DNA of 44,723 bases. It comes from a virus. The notes under the pieces are model-generated. The model was not told where the DNA came from and did not search any database. It saw only the letters and a program-made list of their open reading frames with translations. The stretch lies in the IMG/VR virus record IMGVR_UViG_3300037465_000339; one strand, written 5' to 3'. The position numbers were made by a program, and so were the translations under genes. Of the stretch, positions 44,305-44,723 are shown piece by piece (the first letter of the stretch is position 1; the number at the start of each line of letters is the position of its first letter).

Positions 44305-44517
44305 ATGCCAAACAATCTGATCTCCCCCATCTACCGCCTCAGATGCGAGGTGGTAGATCGGGTTGATGCCGAATCGTTCCGCCGCGCAGATGCAGCGCAG
44401 ATTCAGCGGGCGCGCATCATCGCTCGCAGTCTCGGCATCGCAGTAGCAGCACGTTATCTCCGCAAGCGTGGTTGGAGTCTCACCGCTGCGCGGTGGATCC
44501 TGCTCCACAAGCAATAG
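44305..44517 (+). CDS. Small protein, possibly DNA-binding (hypothetical)
   Basis: GGGGGAG SD, 70 aa. The C-terminus LGIAVAARYLRKRGWSLTAARWIL is helix-turn-helix-like. Confidence 0.5.
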   Translation: MPNNLISPIYRLRCEVVDRVDAESFRRADAAQIQRARIIARSLGIAVAARYLRKRGWSLTAARWILLHKQ

Positions 44518-44528
44518 GAGATCGCACC

Positions 44529-44705
44529 ATGATCTACGTAGCAAGAGCAAAGCATGTCAACGAGACTTGGGCTGCGACGGCGTTCAGCAGCACGGAGCAG
44601 CGTGCAGCACAGGCAGCTCTGGATCTGGTCAGGATCTACTGGCCTGATTCGGCCCGGACTGATTGGACGGTCACGACCGTGCCAGTTGGCAACAGCAGCA
44701 ACTAG
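44529..44705 (+). CDS. Small hypothetical protein
   Basis: AGGAG SD (44516-44520), 58 aa. Its 3' part lies in the terminal duplication. Confidence 0.5.
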   Translation: MIYVARAKHVNETWAATAFSSTEQRAAQAALDLVRIYWPDSARTDWTVTTVPVGNSSN

Positions 44706-44723
44706 CAGCTAAGATTTGTGCAG
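44597..44723. repeat. Terminal direct duplication, copy 2 (identical to 1-127)
   Basis: Identical to 1-127 by direct comparison. Confidence 0.97.

Noticed and set aside
43656-44330. A 224-aa minus-strand ORF, and other antisense or alternate-frame ORFs (43700-44062, 43804-44181, 44081-44269, 44251-44550), in the GC-rich cassette
   Set aside because: Long spurious ORFs are expected in about 60% G+C DNA. The plus-strand genes have textbook SD sites and the antisense ORFs do not.

Overview
The window is a complete dsDNA phage genome. Bases 1-127 are repeated exactly at 44597-44723, so the unit length is 44,596 bp and the contig closes into a circle. The backbone is AT-rich (by eye about 30-40% G+C), genes are tightly packed, and many start/stop codons overlap (ATGA, TAATG, GTGA). 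The layout is podovirus-like, with three arms. (1) Plus-strand late arm, 621-26724: terS, terL, portal, scaffold, major capsid with a strong terminator, tail and fibre genes, a glycosyltransferase plus SAM-methyltransferase pair, an M15 endolysin, a holin, and three large internal/ejection proteins (one with an SLT domain, one of 1707 aa). (2) Minus-strand early/replication arm, 42826-26684. It holds small early genes, a RecD-like helicase fused to a SprT-like HExxH domain, and a near-consensus sigma70 promoter driving a 219-aa gene. That gene is followed by a 735-nt ORF-free, helix-dense stretch, which I call a candidate large structured ncRNA. Further along are a GC-rich island (RyR-domain protein plus a 20x octapeptide-repeat protein), a Cas4-like nuclease / Sak4-like ATPase / SSB-like module, a family A DNA polymerase, a P-loop helicase-like ATPase and a MazG-like protein. 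(3) A plus-strand GC-rich (about 60%) three-gene cassette, 43671-44705, flanked by large structured non-coding regions. I saw no integrase, tRNA, CRISPR array, reverse transcriptase or phage RNA polymerase. Functional calls come from motifs read by eye and gene order. No database search was possible.
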